64,000 nucleotides of DNA from Eutreptiella sp. 'Long Island Sound 2002' (GCA_964036045.1 OZ038379.1:37696001-37760000), one strand, 5' to 3'; shown: positions 12,092 to 24,375, counted from the first letter of the stretch. A program made the numbers and translations. Notes: generated by a model from the letters alone, not told the origin.

Positions 12092-12370
12092 GGGACCCAA
12101 TTTGTGCTGATGGGAGCTGGTGAGTATTACATGGCACACGGTGGTCCGCTCGGGGACGGACCCCAGCACCTTGAGGAAGCATTCGATCCAACTGGTGTCG
12201 CGGATGACCCTGATAAATTTGCCGAGATGAAGCTGAGGGGGTTCACCAGCGGCCGGCTTGCCATATCCTCGTTCCTTGGGTATGCCGTCCAGGCCGTTTT
12301 ACTCACGGGCATCCTGTTGACAACTGGGCAGTCGATGATGTAGACCCATTCAACGCCGCCGTTTTTACTG
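12092..12370 (+). pseudogene. Chlorophyll a/b-binding (LHCII-type) C-terminal pseudo-exon
   Basis: QFVLMGAGEYY..GGPLGDG..EAFDPTGVADDPDKFAEMK..GRLAI..FLGYAVQA, then frameshifted HPVDNW..DPFN. The chlorophyll-binding E..N motif is degraded to RGFTSGRLA. Preceded by a T-rich ..TCCTCAG acceptor-like site. Confidence 0.9.
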
Positions 12371-13000
12371 AGATTGGTGGCAGTGCAAGCAACAAGACGA
12401 CCTACAAGTTGAGGTCATGCAGGGTGGTGGCAATGTTTGTTGCTAGAGGGAGAAGATCAACCGCCCAAGTAGCGTCAGGGTCCAAATGGCACTTGCATGG
12501 TTGCCCCGAATGGGCACCTTTGATCCACGACTCCACCCCGGGGTGGCTGATTGGTGGATACCCTGGGGATGATGGGCTTGACAACTAGAGCTTGTCGTAG
12601 GGTCTTAAGCAATTTGCCGAGTACAAGGAGTCCCCGGGAAACTATCTGAAACATAAGGTCGTTCAAAAGAGAAATATTCAATTTCGAAAGTTCCTTTTTT
12701 TTCTTTTTCAACTCAATCAATGTTTTGACCGCATTGTCCTTTTTAATGTTTTCTTTCGGAGCTAATGTTACCGCACACCGCTTGTTGTGCTCCCTCAACG
12801 GCATACTCCAGGGTGCTCAATTTGCTATAGGGGAGGTTTCTTTGGTGACGCTTTCGTATTTGTGCCTGGTACATACCATTATGTGCATAGTCCTTCACTC
12901 TGATGTTTCCCCTTTTGGGCAACCTACATGAGCGCCACCAAGCCACCACCCTATGGGCCAGCAGTGATTGCGGAGCTCTCGATGACATTTGTTCGCTTGA

Positions 13001-14875
13001 GTGGGGCGGCCAACCTCATGGATGCCCATGTGGGCCATCGACCGGCCCAGTGGTCGGTGTCCTCACCGCATTGCAAGGCCCGGTGGGAGTAAGCCACCGT
13101 GGAAGGGGATCGCAAAGTGGTGCATGCCGCAGAGGACACCGCTACACGGGAATGCGGAGGCGTTGATCAATCTGCTTGGCGCCGTAGAACTTGTTGTGGC
13201 CTTGAAGGACCCGAAGTCCGGCTTCCGTACCCTGTCAGAGTTCTTCACCCGGCAAAGTCTAAAATACTCCTTGAAGACCGGACGGCCGTTTCCGCGGCCC
13301 ATTTGTACCCGGGAGGCCTTGGACGCGGAGTGGCGGGCTCGTTGTACCCCCTTCTAGCCGGCGCACGCAGTCACTGTTGGTAGCCCGCCCTCGTCGGGTC
13401 GCTCCTGGCCCATTGCTTCCTGGGTCAATTACGTGTAATCGTGCAACGCTCTGTAGCATTGCATTGACTGTTCACGCCCCCTCATGTTCATTATGCGGGT
13501 TGATGCGTTCCTCTAAGCAGGGCGAATTTGCAGCCACCTGGGCATGACGTTGGCCAACCCGCGCCCGCCAACTGGTGTACTATTGGCTCATCGCGATGGC
13601 GGTCTGCGGTGACAAGGATATGGCCATTTGGTGTGTGACATGGCGTGACAACCTGCAGGTATGGTTGCCACGAACACATAACTATTTCGCTTCGCTATCT
13701 AGTGGTTCAAAGTTGAATGTTCAAAGTTCAAAGAACATTCGAAAACCGGCAGAACTGCCCAATTTGTGTTTTTTGAACTTCAAAACAGATTTTCGAACTT
13801 CAAACAAGATTTTTGAACATCCAAATTTCTTCTTTGGTTTGAGATTTTGCAGCACATCTACGACACCAGCCAATCGACCTGGGGCAACGTGGAGCGTTTT
13901 GCCACCGTTCGCTACGCCGGAGATAGCCCCTGGATCTGCCGCTAGGTGGGTGTCTCAATCGCCCCCCACGCGGGGTCAACCTACAGTTAGGCAATATGGG
14001 ATTCCACCTCCTAGCGGTGGCAAGGCAACAAACAGTGCCGCACCCTGCAACGCGATGCGGACCACCACCGGCAATATGTGCTTCATGGCCATAGCCTGCA
14101 AGATGCCGATTGCGTCGCCAAGCCCTTCCTGTACATGGCCCGGGAGCACAGTTTCGTGTGCATTCGACACTGCTTCATGGGGTGGGCCGGTTGGTGGTGC
14201 AGTTACTTGAAGCCCTATGCAATGACCCACCTAACGTACTACGGTCTGGTGTCCAGTCCGTCTTGGAGGGGGCACACACGGGCATTCGCCTGGGCTTTGC
14301 TGCGTCTCCGCATTGGGAGGACGTATACCGCTTGTTGCACTCTTGGGCGGTAGGTACAGGATGCTTCCTGCCTTGACGCCACGCACTTGGGTGGTCGCGC
14401 TGTATTGGAGATGGGGGAGCTACTGCGGCAGCCATACCGCACTTACCAGCGTGGGCTGCCGCCGCATTGTCGTGAGCCCACTAGCCGCCTCCAGGGACAC
14501 GTGGCCCCAAAAACCGCGTCCCACTACCTCCTATTTTTGCAGGAGGAATGGGACGATGTCTTGGCGGCCTTGCAGCGCCACGGCATGGGTGTGGTGAGCC
14601 AAGACATTGTCGAATCGGTGAATAGGATTCTGAAGGTGGGCTACAAGGACCACTCCGAACGGGGGGGGGGCTGCAGCGAGCATCCCACACTCTGGGCGGC
14701 CCGTGTCGTGGCCCCTGTGTGGGAGTTGTGGTTCTTGCATTTCGATCTGCCACTCCACACCCGGGGCGACCGACATAGGACGTCGTGCGTGGTGAGTACT
14801 TTGATGGAACCTTTTGTCCAACCCCCACCGCCCTTTGGCATGCCCCGCTCCCCACCTCCCCCAGCTTTCTTGTAG
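13001..14875 (+). pseudogene. Spliced DDE transposase relic, copy 1 (RAG1/Transib/CMC-like)
   Basis: Colinear homology with 29224-31571: GFRTLSEFFTR..RPICTREAL, MAVCGDKDMAIW, AGDSPW..GSTYS, C.MAI, HTGIRLG, SHYLLFL, SQDIVESVNRILK..HSERGGG, W.LWFL..DLPL. GT-AG intron at 13659-13852. Contains stops and frameshifts. Confidence 0.7.
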
Positions 14876-14876
14876 C

Positions 14877-15148
14877 ATGGACTTACAACACCGTTGTGGC
14901 GATGATTGCCAAGAGCAATGCAGAACCACCAAAGTAAATGGTATGCGTTTGCTTGTATTTGTTTGCATTTTGTGATTTCAGGCCGCCAAAAATCGCTTCG
15001 GAGGAGGTGGGCCGTTTCTTTCAAATTCAGAAGGGGGCAGGGTATTTCGTTCAAATTGGACTGCATCCTTCTCGACCTCGTCAGGCTGGGCCCACCCCGC
15101 CCGCCACCCGTCCAGGACTCCTCCTTGGGCCAGAGGTGCAGCTTGTGA
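14877..15148 (+). pseudogene. 5' part of the second (accessory) gene of transposon copy 1
   Basis: ATGGAC starts 1 nt after the transposase stop; 64-nt first exon, GT intron 14941-14981, then a beta-strand-like exon. Same layout as 31582-32968. Confidence 0.45.
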
Positions 15149-15399
15149 GGGGCAGAAGCACCGCTGCCACACACAGTGCACCTGCTCGATATCTGGTGGC
15201 CTGGCACCAGGATAAAAACCCCCAGGATGGTAGCTGTGGGACGGGTTGCCCACAAGCACAGCCAGGCAACGGCCACGTGTTTACTCACTCACTCACTCAC
15301 TCACCCACTCACTCACTCGCTCGCTCGCTCACCCGCGTCAGCCCAGGGCCCACCCCTGCCACCCCCCGAGGGCACCCCCCGAGGGAGAACGGTGCTGTG

Positions 15400-16300
15400 C
15401 CGTGAGGGACAGGGCCCCCCAGCCGCCCAAGCTCACCCACGCTCCCCCTTCACGCGCCGGCTCACTGGCAGGGTACCACCGTGGTGCCGCCGGCGAATAC
15501 GTGCGCCGCTGTGGCACGATCTTCGGGGCAGGGCGCCATCGTGGCGCTGCCCAAACAGCCCTACGCCGCCGTGGCGCCAGTCCAGTGGCGAAGCGCCATC
15601 GTGGTGCCGCCAGCCTGCACGTGCGCCATCGTGGCGCAGCTAACGTACAGGTATGCCAGTGCTGCGCCTCCTCTAGGGCCGTGCGAAACCGTGGCGCAAT
15701 CCTCAGGGCAGAGCGCCACCGCGGCGCTGCCCAGACAGCCTTGCGCCGACGTGGCGCCAGTTCAGTGACATGGCGCCGCCGTGGTGCGGTCAACGTCCGC
15801 ATGCGCCGTCGTGGCGCAACCTTCAGGGCAGAGCGCCACCGTGGCGCAGCCCAAACAGTCTTCGTGCGCCAGCCTGGCCATGGTGTATCCTCCAGGCCGA
15901 TACACGAGGCACCATGGCGAGGTCTGCACCTGGCGCTCCGCCAACCCCCGTGACACCCCGTGCAGAGGTGACGTGTCATCGGCGGTACTCACCGCCTCAC
16001 GTGCCATTGACGAACGTCGCCGTCTCGCTCGGGCACCATCGTGGTGCCATTTTCTCGGTCACGTGCCGTCTCGGTACACGTATCGTGGGGCTTGTCGTTT
16101 GAGCTCGGCCTTTGTGGCCGGGCGTCGTCGGTGACCTCCACGGCGGTGCACCACCGTGGTGCTATGGCTGTGACGCACGTCCCGCACTCACAGAACCCGG
16201 GGGTACCCAGGCCACCGGCGGTGCGCGTGATCGTGTGGCGTGACCGTACTCGCGACGCCGGCGGTACTCAGCCCACCGGCAGTGCGCATAGTCGTGCTGG
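15400..16300. repeat. GC-rich array of short palindromes (GCGCCACCGTGGCGC / CACCGTGGTG variants)
   Basis: More than a dozen copies of GCGCCA(C/T)CGTGG(C/T)GC. Lies directly upstream of transposase copy 3. Confidence 0.85.
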
Positions 16301-16517
16301 GCCGCGTTCTATTTAGCCCGGCGACGTTTTCAAGTCGGGGGTGAGGCCCCGGGAGACCCACACCTTCTCAGCTCACGTTCATCTTGGAACGCTGACTCGG
16401 GTGGATCCAGGACAATTCGGGGCAGTCGGTGGCCGGGACCGGAGAGCTGATCGGACCGTAGCGGTGTCGTACACCGGCGCTTAGACCCAGACGGCCTGCT
16501 GGGAGGGGCGTTCTCAG

Positions 16518-18353
16518 GTGTGCGACGAGATTCCTCTTACTCTAGCGGAGGTAAGACGGAGGACTCCCTCGGCAGAGCCTGCGTGGGGCCCCCGAGGGAC
16601 GACGCCAAGGCTCACCGTACGTGGGACCGCGGCAGGCGCTCCTCCTCCTCCTCCTCCTCCTCCTTCTCGGCCGCCGCTCGTTTCCTGGGAGAGCAGACGT
16701 CAAGTTGCATGACGCCCAAGTCAGCCGGGAGGCCAAGCGCAATGGTGCCCGCATCAAGTGGCGTTTCACTACCGACCTGAACACGGTAGCCGCCCGTAAT
16801 GCCACCGTTGCTGCAAAACCCCGCACAGCACCATCCATCCCGAGCGGTCTTGCCGGTGCCAACGGTGTTTGCGATGCTTACGATAGTGAGTTTGGAGGGC
16901 ACCTCACGAAATTCGTTTCCTGTGGCAAGCAGACCCATGAACTATGTGGTACTGTTGTTGTACAACACAAGTTCCACTGCTACATGTGGGTGTGCCTAGT
17001 GTGTCACAATCCTTTGACAGGCCAAGTGGTAAATTCGGGCCAATGCACGCGCACCGCTCATGCTCGCTGTACAACCGCGGTTGGTGACGCGGTTCATGAC
17101 AAGGCTTGCGCCTCTCCACCACCACCACCAGCAAACCGAGGCCACCGGCGCCTGTTTCGTTAGCAGTGGCAAAAGTGGCGGCCGTGGTTGAAATACATCA
17201 ACGACCTCATGCACTGCGCTCCCAGCCTGGTGGCTTCCTTGAATGGGGCCAGGGTACCAACAACTTCCGCGCCTCGGCCATGAAGAAGCATGAACAGGAC
17301 CAAGATTTGGGCTTCGTGGGGTCCGTGGAGGACATCGGGGTGGCCCAAGGCATGGGGCTCCACGAGGTGGTGCCCTCCAGCGCCCTCTCAAAGGCCCTCG
17401 CGGTCCCATGGCTGTCTGCGGCTCTAGAAAAGGAGCCACCCGCCCTGGACACCGCGCTATTCGGCGGGCCCCTGAATGTCGTCGTCACCCTGCAGTTTGT
17501 GTTGCAGCGCACACTGCCGGATGCCATCCGCCACTCGAAGCCCCCTAGCACCTGGGTGTGGGTGGAGTCAGAGGAGGGCGCTCGGTGGCGGTGGACCGTG
17601 GGCAACCGGGTGGCCTCAGCACCTACAATGGTAGGCTCCTCGGAGGTGTCGGAGCGCAAGCACATAAAGACATCCGGGGGCGCTTGGGCTCGGTTATATA
17701 TGAGATGGTGTACCACCAATGGGCCCTGCATGCCCTGAGGCGCGTTGAACATTGCGCCCGGAAGATGTTCTGTGTCCAGGACTGGGGCAAGCTCACGGGG
17801 TCTGGGCTGTATAACCCTGCCCAGGCCCACAGCTGTGGACGGCGCTATCCCGGGACAACGTTGAGGCGGCCCTGGACTACTGTCCCCTGGGGGCGCATGG
17901 CGTCCAGGAGGAGGCCAAGACACCGGAGGGCGTGTTCCGCGCCGGCGTGGCGGCCCCGCTGGCGCGTGCTAGCAGCCAACAAGTACAAGTCTCCCCGCAC
18001 CCCCCCCACCCCCCCTCCCTCCCTCCTCGTGGTCTGCCCCATGGTGCGCAAATTTAATTATCGGTCACCTATCACTAAGACGTTCAAATTTGAAGGTTCA
18101 AATTCAACAACAAGCAGTTGTCGGCAGAATTGTTGTTTTTTGAAAATTCAAAAACATTTTTGAAAAATTCAAAGTGAATATTTTTCGCCGCCCTGCCGCT
18201 CAAAGTTTTTTACGTCACGACATCTACGCAAATGCCCTACATGCGGCCGGTGTCCGTGTGCACTTGGAGGGGGCGGAAAACAGCAACAAGGACATCATTA
18301 ATGTTGGCGGCCTCTTCCGCTTGCTCTTGCGCCGCCCAACCGCGGGCCTCTAG
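16518..18353 (+). pseudogene. Spliced DDE transposase relic, copy 3, with N-terminal tandem PHD-like fingers
   Basis: Mini-exon AG|GTG..GAG|GTAAG at 16518; PHD pattern at 16870-17070; WALHALRRVEHC (LH motif) at ~17720; FLRH..HLEGAENSNKD at ~18205-18290 (compare RAG1 SEGNESGNK and Transib SEEAQEARNKD). The first catalytic Asp is not resolved. Confidence 0.55.
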
Positions 18354-18504
18354 GTCCCGTGAGGCCTGAAAGCTTGGATGCAAGGCCGCGAGGCCAGTCG
18401 CCTGTGAGGGACGTGAGGGAGGCCGCCGCCACCGTGGGTCCCGCCGGAGGAGGTCGGCAAGACCTTCACACCCGAAGGCAATCCTCACGCTAGCCGCCGT
18501 CAAG

Positions 18505-19008
18505 GTGGAAGGAAGCCCGCCGCTCAACCCGCCTACGCGACTCAGATTCCAGTCGGATGAGGGTGGGCGGGCCGAAGCGGCCCCGCCTGCCCAGCTGCTG
18601 CGCTTCCTCTTGGAGCTCGACCATGACCACGAGCTCCAAGAGGAGGTGGAGGAAGTGAACCCTAACCCGCCAAAGCCACCAAAGAAGAAGGCGGTAGCGA
18701 AGCGCAAGGGGCAGACCACAGAGGAGGGAGGGGGGAAGGCAACAAAGGGGGTAGTAGAGAAAAAGGAAAAGCAGGTAGCCGCGAAGGGGGCCGGGGAGGG
18801 GCAACCGAAAGAAAGTGAGCGGAAGCATCGGGGGGGTCACCCGCAGCCCCGCCGTGTGGGTGCCTTCGCCACAACGGGTGGCCAAAGGGGTGGTGGTGGG
18901 GATGGTGAAGGAGGGGCGGCAAAAGTGGGTGCTATTCGGCACCGGGGAGACACCGTACAAGGCGTAGTAGCCATCGGCTCCGCCGAGGACCATGCCCAGG
19001 ACCCTTAA
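18505..19008 (+). pseudogene. Low-complexity K/E/G/P-rich ORF, possibly the accessory-gene tail of copy 3
   Basis: PPKPPKKK.. composition resembles the K/P-rich linkers at 32.3-32.6 and 59.4-59.6 kb; no recognisable domain. Confidence 0.3.
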
Positions 19009-19259
19009 GCTCTTTGGGAGTATGCATTGTCCCGTGAACTCTAAGGGACACCGCAGCCCCTTTGGGTGTCTTTGGAGTACATCCATGTGACAATGGGGGT
19101 GCACCGCGTGAAAGGTTGTTGTGTTTTGGATGTGTGTGTTGTTACCTCAGTGGGACAATTTTCCAACTCCGAAAGTTCAAACGTCAAAAAAGGGTTCTCA
19201 AAACTTTTTTTGAAGGAATTGCGCTACTCTTTGAACAATTTTGCCACCCTAAAATGGTG

Positions 19260-19560
19260 GGGCCTCGGAGGTCCCAAAGTAGCAGAGACCCACGCCCCAA
19301 AGCGGCGCGGGCCTCGGGAGTCCCATAGCGGTTGAGGTACTTGCACGAGAGTGGCCGGGGCCTCGAGTGTCCCAAAGTGGCGGAGGTCAGCGTCCTAATG
19401 GCGCGGCGGCCTCGCTGTTCCCATTGCTTCGGGACCTTCGGGACAGGTGCCTCCGCGGCATTGGGACAGGGACCTCCGCTGTATTGGGACCACCTTGGCC
19501 CCCGCCCCTTAGGTGCGAGTACCTCCACCGACACCGCTTTGGAGGGCAGGCCTCCGTTGT
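19260..19560. repeat. Degenerate short tandem repeats (GGCCTC..GTCCCA../GGGACC..), possibly right subterminal repeats of copy 3
   Basis: Recurring GGCCTC(G/C)..GTCCCA and TTGGGAC motifs. Confidence 0.5.
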
Positions 19561-19776
19561 GTTGGAACCACCGAGGCTCCTCCAGCATTGATGTGAAAAA
19601 CATCCCCCCTGCCGCCCTAAAACACGGGGGCATCCATTAACATCCACAAAAAACTGTCACCGCAATGGTTCACATAATTAGTCAAACACACTATGAAAGT
19701 TTTGAAAATAGCGTTCAAACGTCAAAAAATCTAAGTCCGTTGAACGACCTTATGTTTCAGATAGGTTAGCGATGGG

Positions 19777-20526
19777 ATGTGCCGCTGCAAGCACACTACC
19801 CCACTAAGGACCAATGTAAGTCATTGTGCGCGCGCACTTGCTTTGTTTTTTCTAAATTTGCGGTGGCCCTCCCGTAAGGCTTATTGGGACGCAGGGCCGT
19901 CGGTCCTGGTTGCATTCCACGACCACTCCAACAATCACAACGGTGGCCATCCCGCCAGCTGCGTGGTGTGCTTGAGGACCGGTGCCTGGTCTAGTCAATT
20001 CTACAGTGGTGTGCTCGCCGGGAGCGGTATTGCACGAGGACCAGTTTTGGTTTGCATATGCAGTATCGTTGCGGTGCGGCTCCGTAATGCATTCAATGCA
20101 TGTCCCAGCGGTGCACGCTCAGTATGGCTCACTGTAGGGAATGGCCTGCTTCTTGTTTATCTTTGTTTTGTTTTCCGTGGTGTGCCTCAGCGGCAACTAC
20201 GCCTGACCTGATAGCGGGCGCCACCTATGCCAAGTGTTTATGTGCTTGAAGTGTGCCGCCCATGCGGGTATAACACAGGCGCCAGGACTAGTATGCATTG
20301 TGCAAAACGCCCCCTATGGGCGTCCGTGTTTGCTATCACTGGGTGTGTGATAAGTGAGCATGGCAGCAACAGGCCGCGGTGCAGCCATGTGACGCATGAG
20401 GCGGGGGTGAGAGGGGAGGCGAAGGATCTCAAAGGGAAACAATTGTTCACCACATGGGCCACACAGTGGGTTCCCATGCCGCCAGCACAACCACCCACAA
20501 TATTGGGGGAACAACGAGCCGCTTAA
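19777..20526 (+). mobile_element. Putative LINE ORF1 remnant with degenerate zinc knuckles
   Basis: CVVCLRTGAWSSQF and CRPCGYNTGARTSMHC resemble decayed CX2CX4HX4C; lies upstream of the APE motif. Confidence 0.35.
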
Positions 20527-20889
20527 TTTTCCTACAACCCGCACACTGGCTTGGTAGGAATAACTCTACACTGCAAAGGCCTAGGGTGCGCACCCTATGA
20601 CTTGTGCCAGCCTAATCTTTTGCACCCTTTGGCGTATGGGTTCTTCATACCTTATGAGAGCGCGCCCCTCTCCACCTGCCCAGTCCCTATTGATAAGGTC
20701 CTTTGGGTCTAAGAAGTTGAGGATGAACTGATTGACCCTCGGGGGTGTTGACTGTTGGTCACTTTGGTTGTTCCCCCGGCGCTTGGCGCTTGGCGCACCC
20801 GGTGTTCCCGGCCAAGATCTAGAAGTCAGGCAGGTGGTCAATGCACCACGGAGTTTCCGGCAAGTGGTCAATGCACCACGGAGTTTCAA

Positions 20890-21340
20890 GTGTTTGACAC
20901 TGAATTCCAATGGTCTGCCGACCCGTTTTCCCAAGAAGGTTACCCAAGCCGCAACCATGTACATATACTCGGAAAACATCGAAATTATTGGACTGCAAGA
21001 GCTACATCTCCGCACAAACGATGGCCGGCAGTTGTGACGAATATTTTTTAGACATCATTTTACCATTTTACTTGCCCCCCCCCCCTCCCGACGTCTGAGG
21101 ACAAGGGGGGGGGGGGGTAGCATCAGCAATTCACCAGGGCTGCATTGTTGTACATTTTAAGCCCATTGAACCACGTATATTAATTGCCCACGATGTTAAC
21201 CCGACAAGCAGAACCTTGCTGTAGGTGTTTCCCATTTTCCCCATTTAACAAATACAGGGCCCTAGCATTGGACTCATTTGTGCGCTCAGCTGCCACATTT
21301 CCGTTGCAATAGAATGGTGTTGCTGGTGGACCACAAGTCC
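20890..21340 (+). mobile_element. LINE AP-endonuclease remnant
   Basis: CLTLNSNGL..KK..ENIEIIGLQELH (TLNxNG and LQExH motifs) and later LVDHKSLI (SDH-like). Interrupted by a short polyC/polyG insert at ~21040-21120. Confidence 0.7.
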
Positions 21341-22239
21341 CTCATCATCGTACCCGCCCAAGATACGGCTCGGCCCCCACAATCAGAGCGCAAAGTTGTG
21401 GAGCAAGCCCGGGAGGCAGAGTTGGCGGTCTTGCAGGCGATCAAACTGCAAGATGTATTGAACGAGGTATATTATGATACAAACCCTCATAACACTAAGA
21501 TCGGATTTAACTTTGGGTACAATGTAATGTCCACAAGGTGCTGCAGCCGGACAAGTTGCGGCGGATTGACCGCATTCATGTGTTAGGCCACTTGGTGCCG
21601 GCTATTGCCACAACCTTCACGATTTTTCTGGCCGGGCCGACCATGAAGCGGTGGCTGTGCGAACGGTCCCCGCCAACATTCTACCACTAGCTGCCGCGGT
21701 GGAAATGCCCGATCAGCTTCCTTCTTGACCAATAGACGTACTGCACCTTGCAGGCCAAAGTGCAAAGTGTCCACGAGAAGGATTTTTGGCCCATGCAGAA
21801 GTGGGCACATGTAGAGGCCCTCATTGGATATAGAGCGGTAGACCACCGCAAGCATAGCACGATACGCCCCCCTTCTCAGTCTTGACCTTGCTCCTCGCAT
21901 CCACCTGGGATGAGATGCGTGCACAGGACCTCCTGCAGCAAGTCCGTGGCGCCTCAGCTGGCCTCAACGGGTTTCGAGTTCGGTTTTGGTCGGATCTTTC
22001 GCTTTTTTTCTCCCCTTTAATGCTCCAAGTTTTACAAACGGCACAAGAGTCAAGATTGTAGCCAGAATCATGGGGGAAAAGGGTCATCCGATGTATCCCC
22101 AAGGGGTCAGGAGCCACGGCAGTGGACAAGTTGCGCCTCATAGCGCTGCAGCAGCGGAGGAGTATATCCATACTTGCAAATCACCCCTCATAGCACGTGG
22201 TGTGCTTGAGCCATAGACACATGATTTAGCACATTTGGA

Positions 22240-23262
22240 GTGTTCAAGGATAGTGGTCCACGAGGATGCAATGATGCCCCTAACAGTGGATTAGACCAAT
22301 GCATTTCCCACGGTGTCCCATATTTTCGTCACAGCAATGCTAGTTTTCATCCGGCTCCCGCCGGAGGTCGTGTACCTAGTTCTGTCCTCGCTTCCATCTT
22401 CTTACCTCTTGTGAGTGGGGAAATTGGTCAACAAATCACATGTTTCTTGCCAAAGGCCGGCATCCGTTCTCCCCACTCCTTTTTTCCTTTCGTGCCGCTG
22501 TTGTAATCTTCCCTCTCAACCACACCCCTCGAGGGTTGGTATTTTTCTGTACGAGGAAGAACTCGTGGTCAGTATTCCGCGGGAGTGCATGGGTAGGGGT
22601 ATTACGTTTGTATTGAACCATCTCAATCGGTTCTCGGCCATTTTGGCGTGCACATCAATTTAGGCAAGCCGACATTTGTGCTCAAAGGTTCCTCAAGAGC
22701 ACTTGTGGTGCAGTGATTGAAGCAAGTTGGACTGCATCAAACACCTTGGTGTCAAGATAGGACACCTGACGGCCAACGGGGCCTACTCAGGCCCCCTCCA
22801 TGAGGCGTTCGGGGCCTCACCATTGCAAAAAAATTTGCTTTACGTCTGGTTGGTGTCCACCCTATTGCTTGCAACACACACATATGTAGCGTACATGTCT
22901 GTGATTTGAGCGGTGCGCTGGGTATGTCATGTTCTCTTTGGCCTTGTTAGCTGGGGGCTTACATATGGGCGATCCGCCACCAGCTATCGCATCGCATGGA
23001 GAACGGAGGGTATGAGGTCCCACTCCCGGAGACCTAGCTCCAGGCCCAAGGGGTGTTTGCCAGTGTCCAATTTTTCTCTTACCCATTACTCTCCCCACGC
23101 AACGTGCGAGCACACGTCGAACAATCTTGCTTGCACTGCGGTTTTAATGTTCCAATTTTGCCATTTGGTGGTCCAAATTTACGAGATCGTGAAATTTTGT
23201 GGTTTTAGACGCATATATTTCTATTGGCACTTTTGGTTTGGTGTGAAGTGGTGATGTTATGG
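22240..23262 (+). mobile_element. LINE reverse-transcriptase C-terminal half and thumb (degenerate)
   Basis: GGRVPSSVLASIF (QG-PLS-like), LYEEELVV (YxDD-like), GVHINLGK, CIKHLGVKIG (YLG motif). Confidence 0.7.
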
Positions 23263-23350
23263 TTCTTTAATTTTGTGTGGAACCACAATGTGTTCCATAC
23301 TTTACGGTAGGCATTTTCAGACAAGTGTACAGTTTTTCGATGTGAACTAA

Positions 23351-24139
23351 TTGCGCGGCGCCTTGGGCCAACTTGATCTTATGTTATATGAAAAGAGAAG
23401 ATGCTTTGACACGGCTGATCGCCCGAGGCTATGGTTGTCCCGCTTTATTGACGACGTATGTTTGGTACACCCTTCCTCTTTCTCTGCCCACATTGTTTCC
23501 TATTTGAAAACCGTGTATCCAGCGCACCTTCCTTCCACAATAGATGTGGTCGGAACACGGGGGGGCTTCAACTTCTTTGATGTTCGTGTCATTTCCTTGC
23601 ATCCACTCATTCATTGTGTGCATTCCAAGGACTCTCACACATGTTATTACATTATGTTTTGCAGTGACACATCGATTCACGTGCGACGGGGCTGGATCTT
23701 CGGCGAATGCGTCCAATTTTTTCGGCTCAATTCACATGCGGCATTCTATTCTCTTTACCTGCGTCGCCTTCGGCTGGCCTTGGTTCCCTTAGGGTACACC
23801 TCTTCTTGGTTGTCCCCCTTTCCGGCCACGTGGTTCTCGCGCCATCCTTACATGCACCGGAAGATGCCACCACCGAGAGAAGTGGTACACGTGTTTAGGG
23901 TACGATACAATGGGGCCGTGTGTATGAATTGGGGGAACCCGGTTAAATCTGTGTTGTATAGCTTTCGCCGCCTCATGCCGACGCTCCGCTTGTTTTGCAT
24001 CATGCAACCGTCTATGAATTTGCGCAGGTGTTTTCATGGCGCAAAGATTCACTCCCTTCTCTCGCTTGAGTGCCGTATATTTAGTCATGTGGACACACTT
24101 GAGATGCCAACACAAAATTTGCTTCTAAATTTGCACTAA
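23351..24139 (+). mobile_element. Penelope-like element RT, C-terminal part (5'-truncated)
   Basis: LGQLDLMLYE, WLSRFIDDV, FNFFDV, K.S..Y..F.S, GWIFGECVQFFRLNS, L..LGY: the motif order of a PLE RT plus thumb. No C-terminal GIY-YIG visible. Confidence 0.8.
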
Positions 24140-24375
24140 TGCTCTTTGACCTCCCGATGGGTGTTGATGGCGGGACCAAATTTTGCGTAAAATTTATGCT
24201 GTATTTGTTTCGTTATATTTTGGATCAGGAGTACACACACAAAGGCGGACACGCGCCGAGAGCGCGCTCCACGGCGCCAGTTGCCATCGCTTTCGTTGCT
24301 TTTTTGTGCTATCTGTTTGCTTTCAGCTTTCACGATTCATTGGTGACATTTTGCCTCTTGTTCGTACGTTCAGAA

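Noticed and set aside
21821-22171. Minus-strand SCYACGG as a gag zinc knuckle
   Set aside because: His and last Cys spacing are absent, and the plus strand is better explained as LINE sequence between APE and RT.
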